This document shows positions 43,595 through 57,801 of a DNA stretch of 64,000 bases, piece after piece. The stretch comes from the human T2T-CHM13v2.0 reference genome, Homo sapiens: assembly GCF_009914755.1 (NCBI RefSeq), contig NC_060929.1, one strand, 5' to 3'. A program made the position numbers and the translations under genes. The notes beneath the pieces were generated by a model that was not told where the DNA came from, made no database searches, and saw only the letters and a list, made by a program, of their open reading frames with translations. The stretch's first letter is position 1; the number at the start of each line of letters is the position of its first letter.

Positions 43595-44889
43595 GTGAGA
43601 AACTGACACGGTTTAGCTGCTTCTATTCTTCTATACCATTGCTTTACTCAGCTGTCTTCCATAACTGATTATAAGCCACTTGAGATCAAGGACTTTGACT
43701 TATTTCATTTACTTCTAGAATTATTCTTTATATTATTGGGCAAAATAGGAACTCAATAAATAATGAATGAATGATTGAATATGGTTGGAGCCAACTACAG
43801 ATAAGGCCTGTCAAACCATAGAAACAAAACAATATGCTAAACAAGTATATATCTACTAATTATAAAAGGTGGTCTAAAGGGTAGAATCCATAATATCTAC
43901 ATTTCAACCATGAAGAGTGAAGAGTTAAAATTTCTTTTACTTCACAATCTATCAAAGTTCAGAAATGCAGAGCTAAAAATGGAGATTATCTTTCCTCAAT
44001 GGTTTTTATCCATGGTGGAATAAGAGGATCCTTCCTAGCTACATGAATCTCAGTGAAGTAGTAATGAGGACCTCCACAGGATTCTAAGCTTCTTAAAAGC
44101 ATAACTATAATTTATAATAAACTTTGCACAATAAACATTTGTTAATGTTGCTACTGATGACTCTTCAAAAGCTTTCTGATTTAAAGAAGAGCTGTTAATT
44201 TTGGCAGGAGACATGCCTAAAAGCCTGCATTTAAGCTTATGGCTAATGGAAAGGACACCAGAAATGTTCAGTTATTTTAGGGTTTCCTGCCCTAGTCTTA
44301 GTGTTTATTAACATTTCAAAACCAAGTTTTAATAAAACAACTAAATTATTCCCATAATAGCACAGTGCTAAACATGGAATGAGCAGGAAGGTAGGGCTGA
44401 AAGAGCTGGTTTGAGGTTCTTTCCACCTCAAATGTTAAAATGCAAGTGTGATGTCAATGGATTATTTTCAAAGCTTTCCGAAAACAAACATGACTTTATC
44501 TGGGGCAAAGATGAGAAAAAAGAACTAATCTGGATACTGATGTAATTGGTATTAATTTCGTCAAATATTTACACCATTAAAAAAGAGAGCTGGTTTCAAA
44601 TACTGACCTAAAAATAGATAATGCTTATGAAACAAATTTGAAGGTGTTTTCAATGAATATGAATTTTAAATATATGTTTGATTTTTTTAAACAATTATAT
44701 TAAATTTAAAAATTTATAGAATAGATATTAAATATATTGTTTGATATTTTAAAAATACATGTCAAATATATATTTTAAATTATAAGTTCAGTAATTTTTG
44801 TATTGTTAAAATAAAAACATTCTTGTTTGTATTTTAAATTACTTCACCCAAAAAGTTTGAAATTCAAATAAGACAGAAGATTAATTATA

Positions 44890-45190
44890 TAGAGAAATGT
44901 TAATATAGACTATTAGGTGACACAAAGGATTTGTTGTTAATCTTATTAGGTATGAAAATAGAAATGCAGTTACATAAAAATTTTCTATAATTTTAATAAT
45001 GTACACTGAAGTATGTGGAAGTAAAACAACATGTAAAATTTGTTTTAGAATACTTCAGAAAAAATAGAGTGAGAGTAAATAAAACAATTAGGGCAAAATC
45101 ATGAAAACTATTGAGTCTGATGGTTTATATGGATTTGATTTATTTTTCTTTCTAAATTTGTATGTTTAAATTTATTTTTTAATAATAAAG
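44890..45190 (+). mobile_element. Old L1 (L1MC/ME-like) 3' end
   Basis: gttaatatagactattagg…tacactgaagtatg…ggcaaaatcatgaaaactattgagtctg…tttgtatgtttaaatt…aataaag. Confidence 0.5.
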
Positions 45191-47477
45191 GGTTGTTGTT
45201 TTTTTCCTAAGTTTTTGAATCTAAGCCAGTAGATTCTTGTGGCTATTATATAACTTTCATTTCCAAAGTGAAATCCATCATATAGTCTGGTATATGTAGG
45301 TGTTTTATCTATATGCATGAATTGAATAAACTAATGAAAGGCAGATTGATTCAAAGCATAACAAACATTTTACAAACTGGTTCATTACTGAATTATAATA
45401 AACTCTTATTTTAAAATATTTTTCAATGTTAGCTTAGTAAATATATATATTATTTATGTTATTCATTTCTCATTTATCTTTTAAAAAACATTATATTTTT
45501 AATCAAAATTCATGCTCTTTAATTCTTTTAAGTATTAAAACTCCTAGCTAATTAGGGCTAACACTCTGCATAAATATGAAAAATATAAAATGTATAGACA
45601 TTAGGTAAAGTTCTAATCAGAAGGCAGGGTTAGGCCTTCATTATGTGGCTTCACTCTGAAGTGATGTGAATTCCTAAAACACAAAATATGTTAAAATTCA
45701 AACATAAATGCAAAAACATTTCAAATATGATATTTCAAATGATTCTCCCCTTTGTTCTTCTAAACTAGCATGTATATTTTTAATCCATGGTATGAATATT
45801 TTCTGGCAAACTCACCTTAGATCCTTTCTATAAGAAGCAAGATAAAATATATAGATAAATAATAAAATAAATATTCTGGCTAGCTAAATTTGGTATGTGG
45901 TGATCAGTATTCCACAGTTTTTGTCCAATTTCCAGAGCGGATTTATTCCTAGGATCTTGTTCTTAAGCACTTTAGCAATTCTTCTGTCCTGTAGTTGGCA
46001 GAGATAGGAAATTTCCTCTCTGGAGGTGACCTCTGTCCTGCTCAGTGGATTAGATGACTGCATGGTTACAGTCCATTGGCTTTGATCCTGGCATGCAAAT
46101 GTTCTACTCTGCTCTGCACAATCCCTCTTTCTCCCTTGCAGGCTGATCCTTTGTTAGCAGCAAACACCCTCACTGCAGGCTTGTCACAATGATTTAGTAA
46201 AGGCATATTTTACCGAAATAAGAAGCCCAATGGTGTTGCTGGAACTGATCAAAAGCCATCAGTGAGCTGACAGATTGTTATTTATGCAAGATTGGCCTTG
46301 GGTCTTTTGGAGGAAGAAACCTCCACATATACACGAGGAAAGCCAATGCTTGGTCACAAAACTGATGTCTAAGAGAAAGGAAAAATGTTTTTCCAAGTAG
46401 AAAGGTACATAGTTTTGAATAAATGAATGGATAACCCATATCTTTATAGATCCTCCGATAAAAAATTCCATTTTTTATTTACCCGCCATTAATTCACTCA
46501 TTTATTCTTTCATTCTCTCTGCTCCGTAGAATTTACATTATAGTAGTGGGTTTTGACAAGTAATCAGGCATCAAGTAACCGGGAGACACAGAGAGATACG
46601 ATTTACTTCCATAGTTCATTGTTCTCCTCTCCACTTACCCATTGGACTCCATTTACAGCTGGACTAAAATAGAAAGCAGTATGGTATTTTCCAGGTAATT
46701 GAGGGCAATTTCTGCCTCTGCACTTCCATAGGAGAAGAGTTGATTAGTAGGACACATAGCATCAAGGATACTTAGCCGTGTGAACTGAATCAAAGAGATG
46801 ACCTAATCATTCTCAGTAAAGGTGGCCCAATGCCAGTATGGAAGCAAGGAAAAGTTATGAAGCCATAGAAAGGGTAGTGAGATTGGCCTTTAATGGCACT
46901 AAAAGTGGAGAGAGTTAAGAAACCTATCTGAGTAAGAGTGGGATACTTAATATTATTTTTGGTTACCTGATCCTTAAACTCCCGGGCAAGTTTTCATCCC
47001 CCTCCCCGGAGTCCTCCTTCTACCTTCATATTCCGTTCTAACTTCTGCCAACTTTTCTTTTTGGGAGGCACAGTGTCACAATATGAAACACTGCTAAATT
47101 TACTGATTATTATTTCTTCTGCACATGTTCTCACAACCCGCCTTACGTTAGTCTACAATGAGGATTATCATTTCTAAAATAAAAAGGAGGAATCTGTTGA
47201 ATTTAATGGTATCTTTGCCACTATTTTCGTAATTTATTGATTCTTCATGTTCATTGTAAAAATTTCTCTCTTATCTTCCCCTAACAGTAAAAACATATTG
47301 TCAATTGAGCAGAAGACCTGACAGATGCATTACAGTTTACAGGCAAAGACTAGATCTTCAGGAGATAAGCAGAGAAAGAGCAATAAGTTGTATGAAACAA
47401 AGCTTTTATAATACAAATCCTAGATATTTGAGTTATTTTTGCCAAATTAAAATCTATCTCACAGAAATTATGTTATG

Positions 47478-47535
47478 CATATAATACAACATGTATTATT
47501 TCATATAATACAACATGTATTATTTCATATAATAC
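47478..47535. repeat. 24-bp tandem repeat x2.4 (CATATAATACAACATGTATTATTT)
   Basis: Two perfect units plus 10 bp. Confidence 0.9.
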
Positions 47536-48826
47536 TGCAGAAAGTTGCTTACTTTAGGTGATGGAAATAAGGAGGAGGAAGTTATAAAAACAACACATTA
47601 TTTGAAGTCAATAGTTATTCTGGTTCTACTAATTTTCTGTGTAGTCTTGAGATAATCACAACATCTTTGGTCTATAATGATCTCATTCATAAAATGAGGT
47701 TAATAATTTTGAGAAAAGCTGGAAAAATACATAATATATATGAAAGTACTTTGAATAAATTTTAAGTAAACATTATAAACAGAGGACTTAAGAAAGAAGG
47801 ACTTCTTTGAACAGTTGGATAATTGAATTAGTGGTGCTAATCTCCATGTGGGTCTTGATTTATTTATGCACTTTTCAGGTAGTTTAGTCTTATTTGCCAA
47901 AATGAAAATCGCATATACTGGATTTGGAAAAAGAATCCCAGTGGTGTCACTTTAGCAATGCAAGTGTGGTGTTTAGGGGCTGATACCTAATCCTCTGGAT
48001 AAACTTCCTCTAGTCCTCATAGATATATGTGGTATATACCTCATAGGTATATGGTAATGTTTGCCAGCCACGTTAGCAGACAGGGCTGTGTGGAAGTATC
48101 CTGTGATTCTTTCCTTTAATACTGACCTCATGGCTCCCCCAAAGTGAGGTAACACTTCAGAACACTATACACTGCTCCACAAGCAAAAGAAAACATTTGG
48201 GGGAGTAGGATGCCACTTTTTAGTTCATTTTCTGAATGAAAGAAGAAAACCAGAAGCAGTGAATGTTATTTTCGTCTGACCTCAGTTTTTATTCACTCAG
48301 AGATGGTGAGACAGTCCATCCACATTTCCATGCCATACCCACATTTCCCTAGAAGTTAGTTTTGTCTGTCCATTTCATTTTGTTTGAAAGCTTTGAAGGC
48401 CAAAAACAGCACATTTCCATAGATTCCCGTCTTACTGGAGATGCATGGGCTGGTCTGAAAGAAAACTAGAGCTTTCAGATTCTGTTTGAATTGGTAAGGT
48501 ACTGTAAGTTGAACCATTGCAGTAAGGTCCATGTTTTCAGCAGATTTTAGAGCAGAGTCCCCAAACTGTAAAGCAACATCTGCTGCTTCAGCGCCAGCCA
48601 CACGCCAATTACTGTTAAAGAGATTTTTGCCTGGGCCAGATGCAGTTCTTATGATTAAATTCGTCTGTGCATTTCTTGTATGCAGCGCATTTTCTACAGA
48701 GGGCTCTCAGCCAGCTCTGAAGGGTGAATAGAGCTTAATACAACACTAGGCTGTAATGATGCCATTTGTCAGTTTTCTAAATCTTGTAAAAGAGTGCAAT
48801 TAAGTCAGTTTTCTAAAAGTTTAAGG

Positions 48827-48828
48827 TT

Positions 48829-48860
<32 letters not shown>

Positions 48861-48863
48861 TTT
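48827..48863. repeat. (TTTC)n microsatellite
   Basis: About 8 TTTC units followed by a T run. Confidence 0.9.
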
Positions 48864-51199
48864 ACAACCAATCTTAAAAGTAGTCATCCTGCAAATTTTT
48901 ATATACCTCAGCCAGTGTTTTTATATTCTCTGCAGTTTAGGACTAATAACAATTGTTCCTCAAAGGAGGGATCATCAAGGAGATACCAGAGTTTTAAACA
49001 AGGAGGACTCACAGGGTGCTGTGACATCAAGAGCTGCTGCTTGTGAGTGAGGAGAAAATCTTTTGGAAACAGGAGATGAAATTATAGTCATCATTTATAA
49101 AACAGGCTCTACAATAATGTTTGCACAATGAGGCACACAAGAATACTATGGATGATTTTTGTTTTGATTTTACAGAACTTGTAGTTTCATATCATTTGGA
49201 TTTTATTTGGAGCATTATGCTGTTTTAGTTTTCATCCTTTTTTTAATAAAAATTCAATATGTACCTACTATGTGCCACATTCTTAAAAAAGAAAAAAATC
49301 ACTATTTTCAAGGACTTCATAATTCATACCAAAAAAATTATGACAAGAAATTTTTAAAAACAATATGAGAGAAATGTGCAGGGTCCTGTGGTAACAGGAG
49401 AGAATGACATTGATAAAAGTCATTTGCTATATTGGTGTAGTTTAAAAAAGAAAAAAGCTAACAGCTTTCCAAAGCACCTCAATTGTGTACAAATCATCCC
49501 CCATGCTGTGAAAATCAGATCTAACCTACAAGCTATAAATGTGAAAAGGAATAAGACTAAGAATGTACCCCAGATTTGATCCATGATTTATGAGGAAATT
49601 GGATATCTCAAAATTGCTTTGGTTATAGAAGAGTCATTTAAAGCAGGCTCATAGAAAAGTCTATCTAAAGTATTTTCAGAATTGGTCAGATAACATTTTG
49701 TAAAGAAGTTAGAGTTATTTCATTAATGAATAGGTTCACACATACACACAACACAGCCTGCATCCCTCGGGGAAGAGAATTGTAGAGGAGTGGGAGAAGA
49801 TAATTATAATAAGCACCAGGCCTGTCCCTTTGTGTAATTGGTTGGGGGCCAGGAGAACGCCTGGCAACATTGACACCCAGTTGTCTTCTAAGCATTGCTG
49901 ATTTTAGAGAACTATGCTGTGCACTGTGTTCCTAGACTAGAGAGAAAATTGACAAAAGGAAGGGAATTAGGTGGATGCTGTGGAGATTACAGGTTCACTT
50001 TCTTTCTGAGTCACATTCCAAGAATGATGCCATGAGAAATTTGCCTCCTCTTTTCAATCCTAAAGTGTTTATATTTGGGCTTAAGCCAGCACTAGAGAAT
50101 TAGGCATCTTGTGCTTTGTATAGAGGAGTTGCTGGTTTATTTTCCAAACAACTGGCTGAGATCCTGTGGAAAACAACATTAAAACAACATTTGCAAACCA
50201 GATTGCAAACAGGAAACTCCATGTACAAAAAGATATTTTTGCTATTTGATTTTAATCATCTCTGCCTAAATGTTTCAGGAAGTATCTCTAGCTAAAATTA
50301 TATCTATTTTACATGTAACCAAATACCTCATTTCTTTTGGGGACATATATGAGAGTGTAACATAGGAAAGATCTAGAGTTGATCCTTCTGTGGCAGGTCA
50401 GAAATATTTCTGTTCTTTGTGCTTCTGTTCTGGAATAAACTTAGAAATTAACTAGTATACATCATGTCCTGGTGGTGGGATGGGGGGAAATGGAGAAAGT
50501 ACACATTGTAACAAGCCCAGCTCCCCAACCCTAGGCCCAAAAGTTTGGAAGGGCTTCAAAGTACCCCCTGCAGCCTTTGACCAAAGCCTGGCAGCTCCAA
50601 AGAGGAGCTCAGTAATGGGAACAAAGACTGCCAAATACGTTGTGTGCCAATGCCAGTCAAAGTGAGCTGGCAGAAAGAGCAGCCAGCAAACCAACAGTGC
50701 CAAGGTAATAGAGGCCAGGATGGCAGGATGGTAGGAGGTGGGAGATGGTTTCCAAGGAGCAGGATTGTTTTTAATTACTTGCTGTAGTGTTACTACTCAG
50801 CTTTGTTCTCTCTGATTGTATATGGATTGTTTCAATCCTACATCCATCATTTCCTCTGACAGGGTTAGAAAGCCAGAGAATGTACAGGGACATGCTACCA
50901 AATTGGGTAGGAATAGGCTTTGACATGAGTGAGACAACCATAGCAGGCTGGGCTGGAAAGCCCACTTCTCCAGATGATGTATCCCAATGGAGATAAGGCT
51001 TTTGCTACACTGAATTCTAGCAACTGGTAATGCAGTGTGTCTAAGAAGCAATTTAAGAAGCCCTAGCAGGGCTTTCGATTTATTTCAGTTAATTTATTCA
51101 TTCTTATTCTCTACCTTCTGTTTCCAAATTGTTTTATAGTGTTTACTAGGACAGGGCAATCTCCATGTCCACGCTGAATGGAATAGCAAATCATAATAG

Positions 51200-52220
51200 T
51201 AGTGGTGGTAGTAGTAATAACTCATATGTTTTAAGCAGCTGCTATTTAATCATTATAACCACCATGCAAAGAAGATATTATCATTCCTGTTTTACAGGTG
51301 GCATCTACAAGAGATTAAAGTTAAAAGAGATACAGAAAAGCCTACAGCCAAGAATACTCCAGAGATGAGTGCTCTGATGGCAGAATACCGTGATGGGAGG
51401 TGGTGACTCAAAAAGGGTCACCTAACTTAGATTCGCCGGGACAGGAGAGAGGTAGATGAGAGAGGGTTGTTAGAGGAAGTGATATTTAAATTGAATAATG
51501 AGGAATAAATAAGAATTAGCCAGGCAATGGGCAAGGAAAGGGTATCTAGGCAAAGAAAGCACTTGTACAGAAGTCTTAATAATGAGATCATATCAGCTCA
51601 AAGTGGCTGGAACATAGAGTGTGAAGGGAGCATAGGTGAGAGATGAGGCCAGAGAGTTCAACAGAGAGCAAGATGGAAGTCTTTCTAGTCCTTGTGGGGA
51701 AGTTTAATTTATTTTTAGACAAATGAAAATATTTGAATGGTTTAAAATAGGGGAGAGAGAAAATCAGATTTGCAATTCAGAGAACAAATCGCAGACAGGA
51801 GAAATGGAAGACAAAGTACCCAGAAAAAGGGTAATTCCAGCCATCTAGGTAAGTACTGGTGATGTTCTGAATAAGAAAACATCTTTAGAAAGAAGAATCC
51901 CTGGGCATGGTGATTTGAATGAGGGTAGGGGGTGGAGTGGGGGAAGAAGATAATCAAGAATGCTACCCACACTAAAATTGTGCAGACAAATGTGCTACTC
52001 ACTAAAATAATAGGTACAGGAAGGAGGAAGAAGAGTGACAGAGAGGAGTGGGGGGTGATGAAGAACGGTTAGGCAATCCTGGATTTGGACACATTGAAAG
52101 GGAGAAGGCTGTAAGTGATCTAAGTAAGAATTTCTAGTAGGTAATGTGATACATGGCTCTGAAGCTAAGGTGAGAAGCATTAGCTAGAGATACAGATTCG
52201 CAGTTATTGGCATGGACTTA
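51200..52220 (-). mobile_element. MIR fragment followed by L2 fragment
   Basis: tattatcattcctgttttacaggtg (MIR); gaggaagtgatatttaaattgaataatgaggaataaataagaattagccaggcaa…agtggctggaacatagagtg (L2). Confidence 0.6.
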
Positions 52221-52602
52221 ATTTTTCTGTAGAGTAGCAATATCTTTATAACAAACAGCATGAAAGAAGTGCCTTCTGCTTTCCCCATGAAAACTGTTGG
52301 TCACAGGGGTACTCCCAGGCAGCTAGACCATAATTTACGTAAGCTCTGCACATGAAGCCCATCAAATCTGGAACTACAAATTCAAAGACCATTTCTTTTA
52401 TATTTGCAAACTTTCAGACAAAAGAAAGGATGCTGGACCTGTTGGCTCCCTGCTGGAGAATGTATGTGTCCCATTGTTTGTCCATTTGTTCATCTCAGCC
52501 ATTTACCAGACCTGTCTAGAAACCCATACTGTTCTGTTTGCTTGTTCTCTCTCCCTGCTAAAGGACACTAACCTTTCTTGCAACAAGTCCTGCTCCTAGC
52601 TA

Positions 52603-53385
52603 AGTAATCACCTGACAGGTACTTTTTGCCTGCTGCACAGATAAAACAAATTCACCAAGACAGTGATAATGTGATAGAGAAAGAATTTAATTAACCTGGG
52701 GCTAGACAAGCAGAATTTTATTACTCAAATCAGCCTCCCTCAGCACTTGAAGGCTAGGGCTTTTAAATGAATAATTTGCTGGGCGGGGACTAGGAAATGG
52801 GTGCTACTATTGGTTGGGAATGAAATCAAGGGGGTATGAAAAACAGTCCTCCTGCACTGGCTCCACCTCTGGATGGGGGCCGCAGGACTGGTTGAGTCAT
52901 GAGTTGCAGGTGCAGGTGGAATCAGTACCAGAATGCAAAATTCTGAAAAACATCTCAAAAGGCAAATCTTAGCTTCTGCACTAGTGATGTTGTCTATAGA
53001 AGCAATTGTGGAAGTCACAATTCTTGTGATCTCTGGCCACATGACTTTTGAGCAGTAAAGGATTATCGGAAAATAAGCTAGGGAAAAATGGCTGGCTATT
53101 TTGGAACCATGCCTACCTCTTAGCAGAATTCATACCCCTCCCATAATCCTAATCTTGTGACTTTTCAATAGTCTTACAAAGGCCTTTTCAGTCCCCAAAC
53201 AGGGAGGAGGTCAGTTTTAGGGAGAGACTATTATGATCCTTGCTTCATAGTTAAACTATAAATTACTCCCATGGTTAGCCTGGCCCATTCCCAGGAATAA
53301 GCAAGGACAGCCCATCTATGAAGCTAGAAGCAAAATGGAGTCAGTCATGCTGGACTTCTGTCACTGTCATAATTTTCTGTATAGA
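52603..53385 (-). mobile_element. LTR8-family ERV1 solo LTR
   Basis: Reverse complement begins …aaaattatgacagtgacagaag…gactccattttgcttctagc…gctgtccttgcttattcctggg, as in LTR8. Confidence 0.75.
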
Positions 53386-53419
53386 AAACCAACTAATACA
53401 CCCACTTACTCTCTTAGAG

Positions 53420-53789
53420 TATCTACTATAACTGCTTTAAAGGAATACCTGAGACTGGGTGACTTATAAAGGAAAGAGGTTTAATTCACTCACAGTTCTG
53501 CATGGCTACGGAGGTCTCAGGAAACTTATAATCATGGCAGAAGGGGAAGCAGGCACCTTCTTCACAAGGTGGCAGGAGAGCGAGCTAGTGAAGGAGGAAC
53601 TTCCAAACACTTATAAAACCATAAGATCTCATAAGAACTCACTCACTATCATGAGAACAGCATGGGGAAAACCGCCCCCATGACCCAATCACCTTCCTCC
53701 CTCAAGGGGATTACAGGTCCCTCCCTTGACACTTGGGGATTACAATTTAAAATGTGATTTGGGTGGGGACACAGAGCCAAACACTATCA
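53420..53789 (-). mobile_element. THE1C/D-like MaLR LTR
   Basis: aatacctgagactgggtgacttataaaggaaagaggtttaatt…ggaaacttataatcatggcagaagg…gggtggggacacagagccaaacactatca. Confidence 0.88.
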
Positions 53790-54169
53790 GTGAGCTTGTC
53801 AAAGAAGAGTAAGAGACTAAGAAGAATGCAGTCCTAGAAAAACGAACACTAGTTCTTCATTAGTCTTAGTTTCAGTTCCCACATCTTATGTCTCAGCTGA
53901 TCATTCACCTGGTTCTAGATTACCTAGCAATTCTCTAGGTTACCCAATCACTTGTCAGTGAATTTCTCTTCTGCCTTACAGTCATGGTTAGTTTGTTCTG
54001 CTTACAAATTTAAACTCTTCCCAATATGAATATGAATCTAAAACTCTTAATCAGTGCAGGAAAACAAAGGAAACTATTATGTCGATGTTTGGCCATTCAG
54101 AGTCTTACCGAGTCTGAGCAGAGCTTGAGTATTATTGGGCCTCTGTATTATTATTAACTGCATTCTTCA

Positions 54170-54560
54170 ACGAAGCTCTGTATTTCTAATATTACTTTAA
54201 TTTCTCTTTTGCATTGTCTTCATTCTCACTGTCCCTAACTTGGACCTTGTTCCTCACTATCTTATTTCTATAGTTGCCTCCTAACTAGTGTCCATGCTTC
54301 CACTTCATTTACCTTGTGCACCAGTTCTGGTTAATTTTCCAAATGCCTTTTTGCAGTCTCCTTTTTCTGCTCAACATTACTGCTATGGCAGTTGGCTTCC
54401 TACAGCATGGATCCAAATTCCTTAGCTGATTAATCAAGGCTCTTTTATATCTGAAAACACATTATTGCTCTATTTAGCCACCACCATCTCCTCCAGACAC
54501 AATTCTCCCCTACAAGCATGCAACATTATTTCTGTCTTTTTACTTTTCTTCTATTCTCTC
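54170..54560 (+). mobile_element. L2 fragment
   Basis: atagttgcctcctaactagtgtccatgcttccac…tccaaattccttagctg…caaggctctt. Confidence 0.5.
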
Positions 54561-54577
54561 CAGTTAAGTATTCTTTC

Positions 54578-55146
54578 TGATTTCTCAAATAACTCAAAAT
54601 AGAACTACCATTTGACCCAGCAATCCCATTACTGGGTATATACCCAAAGGAAAATAGATCATTATACCAAAAAGACACATGCACTCATATGTTTGCTGCA
54701 ACACTATTCACAATAGTAAAGCCATGGAATCAATCTAGGTGCCCTTTAACAGTGGATTGGATTAAGAAGTGGCACATATACATCATGGAATACTACACAG
54801 CCATAAAGAAAGAATGAAATCGTGTCCTTCATAGCAACATGAATGCAGCTGGAGGCCATAATCTTAAGCAAATTAACATAGAAACAGAAAACCAAATATC
54901 ACATGTTCTCACTTATAAGTAGGAGCTAAATCTTGAGTATACATGGACATAAAGATGGGAACAATAGACACTGGGGAATCCAAAAGGAAGGAGTGCATAT
55001 GGAGGGCAAGGACTGAAAGACTTCCTATTTGGCATTATGTTCACTATCTGTGACAAGATCAATAGAAGCCCAAACCTCAGCAGCACACAATATACTCCTG
55101 TAACCTGTATATGTACTCCCTGAATCTAAATTTAAAATTTAAAAAT
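54578..55146 (+). mobile_element. L1PB-like 3' end
   Basis: gaactaccatttgacccagcaatcccattactgggtatatacccaaagg…atagaagcccaaacctcagc…ctgaatctaaa plus A-rich tail. Confidence 0.87.
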
Positions 55147-57394
55147 ACATAATTTTATTTCTGAATACCAACCCAAACATTACCCTTCCTTAAAACCAAA
55201 TTAAGCCTTTCTTCCATTTTAAAAATAAACTTTCCTAGTTTCTACTTTTTTTCCTGTCCAATACATATTTCTAGTAAATTGTAAATGCAAAAACTTGAGG
55301 GGATCTCAAAATTATTTGGCTGTATAAATGGAATAGCTGTATAAATTGAGCCCTCCCACATTGACTTTACCGGTCTTCTGTGTTCAGTCTTGCACTTTAT
55401 CTTACACCCTAATGTTTGCAGGCCTTACCCCCTACCTGTCATGTCTTTGTTGTCCTTCTCAATACCCAGTGGAACTGATTTCAAACTGAATCGAGTTGCT
55501 GTTTTAGAATTCACTTAGATAGGCTCATCATTTTAAGAAATCTGATGCGACATTATTTGAGGACTTAAGCACTCATTTCCTAGATTCCTTTCTTTTCCAA
55601 ATATGGAACCTCCTTTGTCTTATTTTATTTTTTGACTGAATGCGACAGGTGAAAATTGAGAATATATCCATGATCTCTGGCAGGGTTCCCATGGGATAAG
55701 CAATTTCCATAGAGAGAAGGAAAAGGCATAGGTTACCACTCAGTTCTCTGCTTTTGAACATGAATCTGGTGCCTATGAGTCTTTAGAATTTGCTGCTCAG
55801 CCACTGTGAAGCTTCACAGCATGGCAGCACCTTACTTTCCCATCTGAGATAGTTTACATGCGACAGAAACAGCTTTCAAGAATTCCTTGTTGCCTAGAGG
55901 GTTAAGAAGGAAATGTAGCTCTTTGAGCATCACTGATAAAAGTGAAATCAAAAAATAAATAAGCAAAATAATGGAAGGCTTTTTATAGAAGCTCCCCTGT
56001 ATAACAGAGTATCCATATGCTTTTTTCTTAATTTCTCGACTCTTAATGACTCATTAAAACCGTTCTATTTTTTTAAATATTAGAACAAAACCATTTGAAC
56101 ACCATTCTAATACATTACCTGTAATTGTTGCTGAGGCAATAAAGAAAATAACCTCTCCAAGTCCCAGATGTCATATTAGGAAGAAATTTATTTATTACCA
56201 ATGTATTTATGTTCCCTCTTAAAGTGTTTTTTAATCAAAATTTATGTGTATAGGAGATATTTCAAACCAAGTCATTTATCTTTTTTTGGTGTAAATAGTC
56301 ATAGCCAACCACAACAGTAAATGTCACTTCCTAGAGCAACAGCTTGCACATGCTCAATACAAATGTTATAAATTAGTACATAAAGTTTTAGAGTGTTTAA
56401 TAAAAGCTTAATAGTTTTCTGACATACTTTTTCCCAATTTCTTGGTGCTGTTCATTTCCAGAGCATTTGTACACATGTGAAAAAGAAGTCCTTTAAACAC
56501 TGCCTACTTTTTACATCCACTGCTCATAACTTGTCTGAACTATTAAGGATGAAAAAAAATCCCATAAATCAAGATGACATGAAGGGAAAAAATCAACTTA
56601 ATGCCATGAGAAAATAATGTGTCCTTCCCACCAAAATAACCTAAACAAACAGCTGAAGAAATTGTTCTAAAGGATTAAAATATTAGTCAAACGTTTCTTT
56701 CTTTGAGATAATTTTGCTTAAAACAATTTTCACATAAAGTTAGGTGGCTAGTGAAAAGATTGCTCAAAGGTGTGGTTTTTTATTTTGTGGTTAAGATTTA
56801 TAGACCTTAAGCCTTGAAGCCATTGAGCATTCATGCTGAACTCAGTTGGAATAGCCTGGGAGGTGGCAGGTCACAGGTTAAAGTAAAAAGTAGGTAAGCT
56901 TTCCCTTACCTGGTCTTCTCTCTACCATAAAGCACATGGTTTGGAAGCAGTCTCACCACTCAAATAAGGTTAAAAACCACCTGAGTAGATCAAACCAGGG
57001 AAATGATCCCCTCTTAATATATCCAATTCAGCTTAGAATTGGAGGCACTATGGTTCAGCAACCCGAAAGTACTGATGAAGCAGAGAAAATGGGATCATAC
57101 TTCTACAACAATCTGCTTCCAGAGTGGAGCTTGTAGCCTAACCTAAGGGGAAAATAGTGAGTACTGTGTCTCATAGGGTAGGGGAAAAGGGAGCTAGAAG
57201 GACAAATTTATCACAGCTCGTCTTGTGGATTTAACATTCTTTTACTCCAAAATTGAAAAATACTCAAAACCCACAAGAAAATACCAATTGGTAGGTAAAA
57301 GAGTCACTTAAAAACTACAATAATGGTCTCTAAAATATATGCCAAAATAGTTGCTGTTGCTTGGGGGTGGGGAGTGCTTAGAGCTTTATGCTTG

Positions 57395-57773
57395 TCATAT
57401 TCATCTGCTAGGATGGCCATAACAAAATATCACAAACTGGATGACTTAATATAAATTTATTTTCTCACAGTTATAAAGTCCAAGATCAATGTGTCAACAA
57501 GTTTAATTTCTTCCAGGACCTCTCTTCTTGGCTTGCAGATGGATGACCATCTTTCCCTTTGTCTTCACATGGTCTTTCCTTTTTATATTGTCTGTGTGCT
57601 AGCTCCTTAAAAGGACACCAATCGTGTTGGATTCAGGCCCACCCACATGACCTCATTTTATCTTAATTCTTTAAAGGGCCTATCTTCAAGTATTCATATT
57701 TTGAGGTACTGGGGGTTAGGACCTCAACATATGAGTTTGGAGGAAGGAGGGAGATACAATTCAGCCAGTAATA
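57395..57773 (-). mobile_element. MLT1A/B-like MaLR solo LTR
   Basis: ggatggccataacaaaatatcacaaactgg…aaggacaccaatcgtgttggattcaggcccaccc…gaggtactgggggttaggacctcaacatatg. Confidence 0.8.
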
Positions 57774-57801
57774 GTGATGTACAAAAATTGAAGTAGACTC
57801 G

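Noticed and set aside
47478-47535. CRISPR-like palindromic repeat
   Set aside because: No spacers, only 2.4 units, no cas genes, and the context is primate DNA.
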